Source of the DNA: Bacillota bacterium
GTDB taxonomy: Bacteria > Bacillota > Clostridia > Acetivibrionales > DTU013
Assembly (NCBI GenBank): GCA_023409735.1
Contig: JAEYRB010000063.1
Coordinates: forward strand, 67,307 to 131,306
Direction of reading: 5' to 3'
Length of the DNA stretch: 64,000 nt
Part shown: piece after piece, positions 48,716 through 57,704 of the stretch
Layout: each line of letters opens with the position of its first letter
Position numbering within the stretch: the first letter of the stretch is position 1
Notes under the pieces: generated by a model
Databases searched by the model: none
Told to the model about the DNA's origin: nothing
The model's input: only the letters and a program-made list of their open reading frames with translations
Made by a program: the position numbers and the translations under genes

Positions 48716-48946
48716 ATGTATCGAATGGGGAAAGAAGAGATCCAAGCAGCTGCAAGAGTAATAGAAAGCGGAAAGCTTTTCAGAATTAATGATGGTTCAA
48801 GAGAGGTTGACCATTTCGAAGATGAATTTGCAGAGAAGATGGGTACAAAGTATGCGTTAAATGTTACCAGTGGAACAGCTGCCATAATATGTTCATTAGC
48901 AGCTTTGGAAATAGGGCCTGGATGTACAAGAGGGGAATGGGTTTAG
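48716..48946 (+). pseudogene. N-terminal fragment (~70 aa) of a DegT/DnrJ/EryC1-type PLP aminotransferase
   Basis: MGKEEIQAAARVIESGKLFRINDGSREVDHFEDEFAEKMGTKYALNVTSGTAAIICSLAALEIGPG matches the first ~70 aa of ~380-aa DegT enzymes. The frame then runs into a terminator hairpin and stops. Confidence 0.7.
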
Positions 48947-48966
48947 ACTCCCATCCCCTCTTTATT
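48928..48966 (+). terminator. strong hairpin terminator abutting the DegT fragment
   Basis: AAGAGGGGAATGGG pairs with CCCATCCCCTCTT (13 bp, one bulge) across the loop TTTAGACT. It is followed by TTTATT. Confidence 0.7.
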
Positions 48967-49049
48967 GATGCCCATTACACACATTAGGAATTATAAAAAC
49001 TAACTGTACTCGTTGGTTTTCATTGTATTGCCATATTAGCAAATTAGCA

Positions 49050-51461
49050 CTATTTCGGTGGAAGCAGATAAAGTACATCTATTGCATTGCCGGCTATATA
49101 CTTATCGTTGTTGTATACAGCTGTAACGCTTACATAATAAATTGTTCCGTCTGTCAGTGTGCCGAAATCCCCTCCTGAATATGAAGCGGCCGGATCAATA
49201 ACGACAGATGTTGTACTCTTGTCATATGCAGCTTTATAGTAGCCGTCTTCCGGATAAGCCGGATTCTTTTTGCCTTTGGACACTACTACTCTGTACTCCT
49301 TTAATTCAGAAGAGTCAATTCTATCCCACTTGAGAACTAACTTGCCATCCTCATATGCGGCTTTAACTGATGGAGCGGGGTAGACGGACGGATTGTCAGG
49401 ACCGTTGTACTGGGACTGTACTGTGTTTCCCTGGACATTCTTATCGTTATATACCGCGGTTATTGAGAAATAGTATTTATCGCCCTTGGACAAGTATTTC
49501 CCAAAATCACCGTCTTTGTACTCTGTATTGCTGTCGATAATTGCATAATTTATATTGCGGTCGGTTATTTTGTATAAATAGCCATTGTCGGGATAAGATG
49601 GATTTGAATCATATTTAGATGCCACAACCATATAGTACTGAAAATTCGATGACTGTATCTTATTCCACCTGAGAACAAGGCGTCCGTTCTCTTCTGATGC
49701 TGTCATGGCAGGAGTAACATATAGATCCGGACTTTCTGCTCCATTGTACTGTACACGTACTACGTTCCCGGCGACGGTCTTATCACTGTATATTGCTGCA
49801 ATGCTCATATAGTATTTTTTGCCCTTTTCCAGGTACCTTCCGAAATCACTGTTGCCATTATACGGAATGCTGTTGTTAATTGAAACGGAGGTCTGCGATC
49901 TGTCGGTTATATAGTACAGGAAGCCGTTATCAGGATATACCGGGGATGAATCATCTTTTGATATTACAACAGCATACGCCTGCAGATTGGTGGATTGAAT
50001 TTTGTCCCACCTGAGAACCAATTGTCCGTTTTCATCCGATGCCTTCATGGCAGGAACTACATATGCATCGGGACTCTCTGCAGCGTTGTACTTCACATGT
50101 ACTACGTTCCCGGCGACGGTCTTATCATTATATATTGCCGTAATGCTCATATAATATTTTTTACCCTTTTCCAGGTACCTTCCGAAATCACTGTTGCCAT
50201 TATACAGAATGCTGTTGTTAATTGAAACGGAGGTCTGCGATTTGTCGGTTATATAGTACAGGAAGCCGTTATCGGGATATACCGGGGATGAATCATCTTT
50301 TGATATTACAACAGCATATGCTTGTAGTTTGGAGGAATTTATTCTGTCCCACCTGAGAACCAGCTGCCCGTTTTCTTCTGACGCCTTCATGGCAGGTTTA
50401 ACATATGAATCAGGGCTTTCAGTTCCGTTGTATTGTACTTGCACCACATTTCCAGCGACGTTCTTATCACTATATATTGCTGTAACGCTTATATAGTATT
50501 TTTTACCCTTTTCCAGGTACTTCCCGAAATCACTGCTGCTGTTATAAGGAATACTGTTATCGATTGAAGCAGAGGTTTGGGATTTGTCTGTTATATAGTA
50601 AAGGAAGCCGTTATCAGGATATACCGGGGATGAATCATCCTTTGATATAACAACAGCGTAGCCCTGCAGTTTAGTAGAATTAATTTTTGTCCAGCTTACA
50701 GTAAGCCCGTTGTTTCCTGCGTTAACCGACACTGATGGCTTAAAATATACGGTGTCATCATATGTCACTTTCTCGTCGTCGTATGTTATTTTCTCTTCGT
50801 TCTTTTTAAAAGCTCTGGACATAAGGGTTGCAGCCTGTGCCCTTGTAAGATTGTTCTGAGGACCGAACAGTTTCCTGCCATTTTCTGTGTAGCCTTCTAT
50901 TAGGCCGAATTTGACAGAGAGTGCGACATACTTGCGAAGATTTGTATTTATACTGGCGGCATCCTCAAAGCTATTAAGAATATTAAGGTCGACTGATTCA
51001 TTTTGATAACCGAGTGCCTTTACGAGTGCAACAGCCATATCTTCTCTTACTGCTGCCAGGTCTGGCTTAAAATAATCTCCTGATGATGTTCGGAACCCTG
51101 TAAGGTACGGCTTTGCTGATTCTACATAGGAGTACGCCCAATCGTTCTTTTTGACATCTAGGAAGGATGGGTTATCGGGGGAATATGTTGATAAGCTTAA
51201 GGTGTTGACCATCATTTTGGCAAATTCGGCTCGCGATACAGTACCATTGGGATTAAAAAGGCCGTTGCCGGTACCGTTGATAAAATCGTTATCAAACATC
51301 CACATAATGTCATCGTATGCCCAATGCCAGGAGGGTACATCCTTGAAGTCGTTTTTGGTGTTGTCTTTATCGTTTTTTGCCAGAACTGTTGATATCGCTG
51401 AAGTGAACATAAAAGCAACACATAAAAGTAATGCTATAAGTGTTTTAAATTTTCTATTCAT
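49050..51461 (-). CDS. cell-surface protein: signal peptide, three SLH domains, five tandem ~114-aa Fn3-like repeats
   Basis: The RBS is AAAGGAG. The signal peptide is ...TSAISTVLAKN. The SLH motifs are FKDVPSWHWAYDDIMWM...TVSRAEFAKMM, FLDVKKNDWAYSYV and ...LTRAQAATLMSRAF. These are followed by the repeats NGQLVLRWD.I.S..LQAYAVVISKDDSSPVYPDNGFLYYITD... Confidence 0.85.
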   Translation of the reverse strand: MNRKFKTLIALLLCVAFMFTSAISTVLAKNDKDNTKNDFKDVPSWHWAYDDIMWMFDNDFINGTGNGLFNPNGTVSRAEFAKMMVNTLSLSTYSPDNPSFLDVKKNDWAYSYVESAKPYLTGFRTSSGDYFKPDLAAVREDMAVALVKALGYQNESVDLNILNSFEDAASINTNLRKYVALSVKFGLIEGYTENGRKLFGPQNNLTRAQAATLMSRAFKKNEEKITYDDEKVTYDDTVYFKPSVSVNAGNNGLTVSWTKINSTKLQGYAVVISKDDSSPVYPDNGFLYYITDKSQTSASIDNSIPYNSSSDFGKYLEKGKKYYISVTAIYSDKNVAGNVVQVQYNGTESPDSYVKPAMKASEENGQLVLRWDRINSSKLQAYAVVISKDDSSPVYPDNGFLYYITDKSQTSVSINNSILYNGNSDFGRYLEKGKKYYMSITAIYNDKTVAGNVVHVKYNAAESPDAYVVPAMKASDENGQLVLRWDKIQSTNLQAYAVVISKDDSSPVYPDNGFLYYITDRSQTSVSINNSIPYNGNSDFGRYLEKGKKYYMSIAAIYSDKTVAGNVVRVQYNGAESPDLYVTPAMTASEENGRLVLRWNKIQSSNFQYYMVVASKYDSNPSYPDNGYLYKITDRNINYAIIDSNTEYKDGDFGKYLSKGDKYYFSITAVYNDKNVQGNTVQSQYNGPDNPSVYPAPSVKAAYEDGKLVLKWDRIDSSELKEYRVVVSKGKKNPAYPEDGYYKAAYDKSTTSVVIDPAASYSGGDFGTLTDGTIYYVSVTAVYNNDKYIAGNAIDVLYLLPPK
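49053..50747 (-). repeat. five in-frame tandem repeats, period 342 bp
   Basis: The landmark GGAAGCCGTTATC(A/G)GGATATACCGGGGATGAATCATC recurs at 49919, 50261 and 50603, spaced exactly 342 bp. The two promoter-distal units are more diverged. Confidence 0.85.
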
Positions 51462-51795
51462 TGTATATATGCTCCTTTCACCTTGAATTATTAAAGGTAC
51501 TATTATATTATCATGTTAAATGGAAAATAATGGATACAAATATGTGAAATTTTCATAACAATACTGTTACAATGCATCATTCACAAAGCCTAATGCTCAA
51601 AATGCATAAACCCAATATAAAAATTCTGATAATAGAAGTACTAAGAATAAAATCCATGTGTAGGACGACCCAATAGTTATGTTGAAGATAATTGAAAGGT
51701 GAATATAAAGATAAAAATGCAAGTACAGACCGAAAATTATTATATAAAAATAACTACATAGAAAAACTATATTGCAAAAATATATCACACATGTA

Positions 51796-51824
51796 TTGAC
51801 AATTATTTAACAATCTAATATAAT
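51796..51824 (+). promoter_or_regulatory. consensus sigma-A promoter of adhE
   Basis: TTGACA (51796-801), a 17-nt spacer, then TATAAT (51819-24). It lies 48 nt upstream of the adhE ATG. Confidence 0.65.
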
Positions 51825-51846
51825 GAAATTGTTAAAAAAATAACGA
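51796..51846. promoter_or_regulatory. two Rex-like operator half-matches flanking the -10
   Basis: TTGACAAttatTTAACAA (51796-813) and TTGTTAAaaaaATAACGA (51829-846) each have two mismatches to the clostridial Rex consensus TTGTTAAnnnnTTAACAA. Confidence 0.4.
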
Positions 51847-51871
51847 TATTTATTCAAGGGAGGTTGTTACT

Positions 51872-54580
51872 ATGAATAAAAATATAAAGACCGATGCAAT
51901 TGCAGAAGGTAACGGAAATGAAAAAACTAAAGTAAATACAGAAACCATTGTAAATATGAAAAGCCATGTGAATGCGGAACAAAGCGCAGTAAGCAAAGAA
52001 ATAGATCAGTTGTCGTCAAAGGCGGTAAAGGCACTGGACGAATTTTTACAGTATGATCAACAAAGGATCGATAAGGTAGTCAAGGCTATGGCAATCGCAG
52101 GGCTGGATAACCACATGAGACTTGCAAAAATGGCTGTTGATGAAACAGGACGAGGCATTTATGAAGACAAGATAACCAAGAATATTTTCTCAACAGAATA
52201 CATTTACCATAGCATCAAGGATATTCAGACAGTGGGTATAGTCAATGACAACGATAACGAGGAATACTACGAGGTAGCTGAGCCTGTTGGTGTAATAGCT
52301 GCTGTAACACCTGTGACCAATCCAACATCAACGACTATGTTCAAGTCCTTAATAGCAATTAAGACAAGAAACCCTATCATATTCGCGTTCCACCCGTCAG
52401 CTCAGAGGTGCAGCGCTGAAGCTGCCAGGATTATGAGAGACGCAGCGATTGAAGCAGGCGCTCCCAAGGACTGTATACAGTGGATCGATACACCTTCCAT
52501 CGACGCAACACGTTTGCTTATGAATCACAAGGATGTGGCACTTGTTTTGGCAACGGGCGGCGCAGGAATGGTCAAATCGGCTTACAGCACTGGGAAACCC
52601 GCACTTGGAGTTGGCCCCGGCAATGTGCCGTGCTACATTGAAAAAACAGCTAATATCAAGAGGGCAGCAACCGACCTGATGCTTTCCAAGACCTTTGATA
52701 ATGGTATGATATGCGCATCGGAGCAGGCTGTGATTGTTGATAAGGAGATAGCGCCTGAGTTTGAAGCATTTATGAAAGAGAACAACTGCTATTTTCTTAA
52801 TAAGGAAGAAACAGAAAAACTGTCAGAGATAGCAATAGACAGCGTCAAATGTGCTATGAATGCTAATATAGTCGGTCAGTCGGCATATAAGATCGCGCAG
52901 CAGGTTGGACTTAATGTGCCTGAGAGTACAAAGATATTAATTGCACAGCTTGAAGGTGTAGGTCCAGAGTTTCCTCTTTCGAGGGAAAAGCTAAGCCCCA
53001 TACTTGCATACTATATTGTGGATTCAACTGAAGAGGGAATTGTCAGGGCAGAACAGATGGTGGAATTCGGTGGACTCGGCCACTCTGCAGTTATTCATTC
53101 ATCAGACGAAAAGGTCATTAAGGAATTCTCCGACAGGATAAGGGCAGGCAGGCTTATTGTTAACTCGCCTTCGACACATGGAGCAATCGGTGATATATAC
53201 AATACTAATATGCCGTCACTTACGCTGGGCTGCGGGTCGTATGGAAAGAACTCAACTACTCAGAATGTATCGGTTGTCAACCTGATCAATAAAAAGAGAG
53301 TTGCAAGGAGAAAGGTCAATATGCAATGGTTCAAAATACCTGAGAAGATTTACTTTGAGTTTGGTGCTACTCAGTACCTTACAGATATGCCGGACATTTC
53401 AAGAGCCTTCATAGTTACAGACCCGTACATGGTCAAGGCAGGTTATGTTGACAATGTGCTGTACTTCCTTAGGAAGAGGCAGACTCATGTACATTGTGAA
53501 ATATTCTCAGAGGTAGAGCCTGATCCATCCCTTGAGACAATTCGTAAGGGCTGCGACTTGATGAACAATTTCAAGCCTGATGTGATAATAGCACTGGGAG
53601 GCGGATCTGCTATGGACGCTGCAAAGGGAATGTGGCTGTTCTACGAACACCCGGAATCAGATTTTAACTCAATGCGGCTTAAGTTTATGGATATAAGAAA
53701 GAGAATCTACAAGTTCCCCAAGCTTGGACGCAAGGCGAAAATGGTGGCAATTCCGACAACCTCAGGTACAGGCTCGGAGGTAACGTCTTTTGCTGTTATA
53801 ACAGATAAACAGAGAAACGTTAAATATCCGCTGGCAGACTATGAGCTGACTCCTGATGTAGCAATAATAGATCCCGAGTATGTAATGACTGTTCCTGCAA
53901 CGGTAACTGCCGATACCGGACTGGATGTCCTCACCCATGCAATTGAGGCATATGTATCTATTCTGGCATCTGACTTTACAGATGGGCTTGCTATAAAAGC
54001 AATCCAGCTTGTGTTTGAGTATTTGCCCAGGGCTTATAAGAATGGAAAAGATAGCTTAGCCAGAGAAAAAATGCACAATGCATCATGTATTGCAGGAATG
54101 GCGTTTACAAATGCGTTCCTTGGAATAAATCATAGTATGGCTCACAAGCTGGGCGGGGAATTCCACATTCCTCATGGAAGGGCAAACGCTGTGCTTCTGC
54201 CGTACATTATTGAATACAACGCACAAAAGCCAACCAAGTTTGTATCCTTCCCGAAGTATGAAACATTCGTAGCGGACAAGAAATATGCCGAAATCGCAAA
54301 AGCACTTGGTCTCCCGGCGGCAACTACGGAGGAAGGTGTCAAGAGCCTTGTTAAAGCTGTAAGGGAGCTTATGAAGGAGCTGAACATGCCTTCTACGATA
54401 GCGGAGTGCGGCGTTGACAGAAGACAATTCACTGCCAGAGTAGCAGAGCTTGCGGATAAGGCCTTTGAGGATCAGTGCACTACGGCTAATCCAAGGATGC
54501 CGCTTGTATCAGAGATTGAGCAGCTTTACTTGACTGCATTTGATGGCGCAGATGGAGTAAAGAAAGGAAAGAAGGCCTAA
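51872..54580 (+). CDS. adhE: bifunctional acetaldehyde-CoA / alcohol dehydrogenase
   Basis: The RBS is AAGGGAGG. It has an N-terminal ALDH half (...VIAAVTPVTNPTSTTMFK..., catalytic FDNGMICASEQ) and a C-terminal iron-ADH half (GGGSAMDAAK, ...HSMAHKLGGEFHIPHGRANA). Confidence 0.95.
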   Translation: MNKNIKTDAIAEGNGNEKTKVNTETIVNMKSHVNAEQSAVSKEIDQLSSKAVKALDEFLQYDQQRIDKVVKAMAIAGLDNHMRLAKMAVDETGRGIYEDKITKNIFSTEYIYHSIKDIQTVGIVNDNDNEEYYEVAEPVGVIAAVTPVTNPTSTTMFKSLIAIKTRNPIIFAFHPSAQRCSAEAARIMRDAAIEAGAPKDCIQWIDTPSIDATRLLMNHKDVALVLATGGAGMVKSAYSTGKPALGVGPGNVPCYIEKTANIKRAATDLMLSKTFDNGMICASEQAVIVDKEIAPEFEAFMKENNCYFLNKEETEKLSEIAIDSVKCAMNANIVGQSAYKIAQQVGLNVPESTKILIAQLEGVGPEFPLSREKLSPILAYYIVDSTEEGIVRAEQMVEFGGLGHSAVIHSSDEKVIKEFSDRIRAGRLIVNSPSTHGAIGDIYNTNMPSLTLGCGSYGKNSTTQNVSVVNLINKKRVARRKVNMQWFKIPEKIYFEFGATQYLTDMPDISRAFIVTDPYMVKAGYVDNVLYFLRKRQTHVHCEIFSEVEPDPSLETIRKGCDLMNNFKPDVIIALGGGSAMDAAKGMWLFYEHPESDFNSMRLKFMDIRKRIYKFPKLGRKAKMVAIPTTSGTGSEVTSFAVITDKQRNVKYPLADYELTPDVAIIDPEYVMTVPATVTADTGLDVLTHAIEAYVSILASDFTDGLAIKAIQLVFEYLPRAYKNGKDSLAREKMHNASCIAGMAFTNAFLGINHSMAHKLGGEFHIPHGRANAVLLPYIIEYNAQKPTKFVSFPKYETFVADKKYAEIAKALGLPAATTEEGVKSLVKAVRELMKELNMPSTIAECGVDRRQFTARVAELADKAFEDQCTTANPRMPLVSEIEQLYLTAFDGADGVKKGKKA

Positions 54581-54641
54581 AGGTGTGGTGCGGTTAACAG
54601 GAAACCTGTTGAACCATACTTTAGGCTAATATAGAAATATA

Positions 54642-54688
54642 AGAGATAGGTGTTGTCGCGTTAGGGATGACGCCTATCTCTTTATTAT
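54642..54688 (+). terminator. rho-independent terminator of adhE
   Basis: AGAGATAGGTG (54642-52) pairs with CGCCTATCTCT (54671-81) for 11 bp with one G-U pair. It is followed by TTATTAT. Confidence 0.7.
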
Positions 54689-55084
54689 GTTGACCGAAGG
54701 TTAACATAATAAAGAGCGGAAAAACTCGATGTCTCCGAGACTTTTTTATATGTGGTTGCGGCCTTATTTGTCATCTGTCTTTTTCACTTAATGTGCCTTT
54801 ATTGTGTTGCTTTTATTGATCAAATTCTAGATGTACCTGCTGTAGCCGGACTCAAATGCTTGTCTTTAACGATACAATATTTTTACAGCAGTCATGATAT
54901 AATGAGACAAATAAGGCTTGGCTTGCGTATAGTGAGTAGAGATTTTTGAATTTGAAGGGACTTTGCGATTATTTTGAATAATACGCTAGTACAGGTAGTT
55001 ATGATTCACTAAGTTGTACCATGCAATATTTGTACTTTAAGGTTCGGCCTCATACATTGCAAATGCCCATAAGGAGAGATTGGT

Positions 55085-56029
55085 GTGGATAACAAACAAT
55101 TGCAGGATATCAAGAACAGAATAGACATGCTGCCTTTGATGAAGGAGAGGCTATCTAAGCTGCAGGACAGGGTGAGGGCTGCCGAACAGGAGGTGGAGGC
55201 CCTTCTGGATAGCTATAATAAGGAGTCCATGGATGTGGAGAAGCTGAAGAGCGAAAGGCTTTCGGTTTATATTCTTAAAACCATAGGCAGGTATGAAGGT
55301 AAGCTAAATAAGGAAACTGAGGAGCAGCTTTCAGCTAAGCTGAGATATGATAAAGCTCTGGAGGCTGTAAACGGACTCAAGAAGCAGGAAGCGGAGCTTA
55401 TTGAACGAGTAGCTCAGCTTAACAGAGAAAAGGATATGTTTGAAACCGAACTGGATAAACGTGAAGAGGAAATACGAAATAGCTTCAGCAGCGAAGCAGC
55501 TTTGCTTTATAAGCAGCTGCAGGCTTCTCAGGATATATGCAGCAAGCAGCTTATAGAGATCAACGAAGCAATCAGCGCTGCCAATAGGGCTTTAGATACG
55601 CTTGACACTGCAATAGAGCACCTGAACAGCGCTGAAGGCTGGGCAACATATGATATATGGTTTAAAAGCGGTATTATCGGGCATATGGCAAAATACGGGC
55701 ACATTGATGATGCCGGGGAGGCCTTCAGCAGGCTTAGCTCTCAGCTTCATGAGCTTAAAAATGAGCTTGATGATGTAAACATGTCCCTAAATGTTGAGTT
55801 TGAAGGTGTTGATTCTGCTACAAGAACGGTGGATTTCTGGTTTGATAACATATTCACGGACCTGAATGTCAGGGATACTATAAGAAATGACAGTGAGCAG
55901 GCAAGCAAGCTTAGAAGCAAAATAAACGGCATAATAAGCAGACTTGAGAGTAATCGTGTTCAAGTGCGAGGCAAAGTAAAGGACATTGAGAAACAAAGAA
56001 CTGAACTGATCATGACATATTCAAGGTAG
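55085..56029 (+). CDS. hypothetical coiled-coil protein (314 aa)
   Basis: It has a GTG start after AAGGAGAG. It is rich in heptad-like E/K/L/Q segments, with a conserved-looking core AEGWATYDIWFKSGIIGHMAKYGHIDDA. I recognised no family. Confidence 0.6.
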   Translation: MDNKQLQDIKNRIDMLPLMKERLSKLQDRVRAAEQEVEALLDSYNKESMDVEKLKSERLSVYILKTIGRYEGKLNKETEEQLSAKLRYDKALEAVNGLKKQEAELIERVAQLNREKDMFETELDKREEEIRNSFSSEAALLYKQLQASQDICSKQLIEINEAISAANRALDTLDTAIEHLNSAEGWATYDIWFKSGIIGHMAKYGHIDDAGEAFSRLSSQLHELKNELDDVNMSLNVEFEGVDSATRTVDFWFDNIFTDLNVRDTIRNDSEQASKLRSKINGIISRLESNRVQVRGKVKDIEKQRTELIMTYSR

Positions 56030-56338
56030 GATCGCTTAAAGTAAATAGATGAAAGCAGTATTGAAATTTTAGCGGCTTCAGAATTTTTTTTATGTATGCT
56101 GCTATCGGGGCTTGCAAGCCGGATTATGGTCTGCAGGCCCTAAAATATATATTAAGAGCAAAGGCTACAAGGGAGTTATCGCACTGGATTCATCATTACA
56201 TTTGATAGTGTGAGTCTATTCATTTTATATTCGCAATCAGCACATAACAGATTCCATATGTTGGTAGCTGTTTCATTCGGTGGTCTGGATTTAGCATTAA
56301 CCCATACATTACTTAGTTATATGTAAAAGGCAAAAAAA

Positions 56339-56528
56339 TGAGCAGAAATTCAAGTACGGGACAATTATTTGACATATAATGGTAATTTTATTGAGTAGCT
56401 TCAATATTTTAGGCATTATTAATGTAATCTGTCCATAAACTAAGGATTCTAGTGTTCCAAAGTTGAAAATTTGCTCAGAATCAATAGGTATTTTGAGAAA
56501 AATGTTCCATACTTGAAATTTTGCTCAG
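56339..56528. repeat. three copies of a 25-26-nt motif (one inverted, two direct); MITE-like arrangement
   Basis: TGAGCAGAAATTCAAGTACGGGACA (56339-63) is the reverse complement of the family TGTTCCAAAGTTGAAAATTTGCTCAG (56453-78) and TGTTCCATACTTGAAATTTTGCTCAG (56503-28). Confidence 0.75.
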
Positions 56529-56832
56529 CAATGTACCTCCAGCTTAAATTTTCGCCTATCTATCGCCAGAATCATTACCCTGGAATTGATCACCAGAGGA
56601 AAAATGGGCAGGCATAGCTGAAAATAAATGTATTGTAAGGAATTGACCTAAAAAAGGGAAAAATGCTGTGAACCTTTTTTATCAAATGCTTTATCAATAT
56701 GTTTCTCATTTTATTGCCTCGTGATTTGTTGGCCTCATCAGAAGCGTTGGATTTACTATCATAGAGATTTGTTATAAAATAATTACAAAGTACTTTATGT
56801 TACTAAGTCCGGCAATACTGATGAGGTTTTTT

Positions 56833-57585
56833 ATGCAGAATATTCTTGAAATAAGATCAGCTGAATTTGCGGCAATGAAACGGGCAGAGATAAAGGAGCA
56901 GCTGTTTAAAGTCTCACCTAATATAAAAAGCTTTGAAATAACTTGTATTTCAGGTGAAGACTTAAGGCTGCTTTTTATGCTGTATGATCAGGTGTTTTTT
57001 GACAACTGGTTCCTTAAAAACTATAAGGGTAAGATGAAATTCTCACTGTCAGGGAAAATGACAAAAAGTGCAGGAAAGACCCTGTGCCCCCGAAACATAA
57101 GAAATATTAGTCAGGAAAGCCTTGTTATAGAAATAAGGATAGGCGTAGATTTCTTCCTGAATTATGGGCGTATGGCCCAAAGCAACGAGGTGTGCGGCTT
57201 GAGGGTCAAAAACAGTCTTGATGCCCTTTTGCTGGTGTTCGAACATGAGCTTTGCCATGTAATTGAATTTCTGATGTTTAAAACGTCCAGTTGCAGCGGT
57301 AAAAGATTTAAATTAATTGCAGCCAATCTGTTCGGGCATAAGGAGAGCTATCACAAGCTGCCCACTGATAGTCAGGTCGCAGGTAAGCTTATGGGGCTTA
57401 AGGCAGGTATGCAGGTAGCCTTTGTCCATAAGGACAAAAGGCTCACAGGAATTGTATATAGGATAAATAAAAGAGCAACTGTGCTTGTAAAGGATAAAAA
57501 CGGAGCATTTGCAGATAAAAAAGGGACAAGGTATGCTAAATACTACGTGCCCTTGAGCTTGCTTTCAGTGCAGCAGAGGTCATAG
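56833..57585 (+). CDS. SprT-like zinc-metalloprotease domain protein
   Basis: The ATG at 56833 follows TGAGG (track start is 56797). The pattern ...SGKMTKSAGKT... then LLLVFEHELCHVIEF (HExxH) fits the SprT-like family PF10263. Confidence 0.75.
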   Translation: MQNILEIRSAEFAAMKRAEIKEQLFKVSPNIKSFEITCISGEDLRLLFMLYDQVFFDNWFLKNYKGKMKFSLSGKMTKSAGKTLCPRNIRNISQESLVIEIRIGVDFFLNYGRMAQSNEVCGLRVKNSLDALLLVFEHELCHVIEFLMFKTSSCSGKRFKLIAANLFGHKESYHKLPTDSQVAGKLMGLKAGMQVAFVHKDKRLTGIVYRINKRATVLVKDKNGAFADKKGTRYAKYYVPLSLLSVQQRS

Positions 57586-57704
57586 AAGATCAAATTCTGA
57601 TAATACTATTAAAAATAAATGTTTTGATAGTGCAAATTAACTTATGAAAAACGAGAGCTGATGGCACGGGTAATAAATCTAATACTAAAGAAAGAGGTAA
57701 TTGT

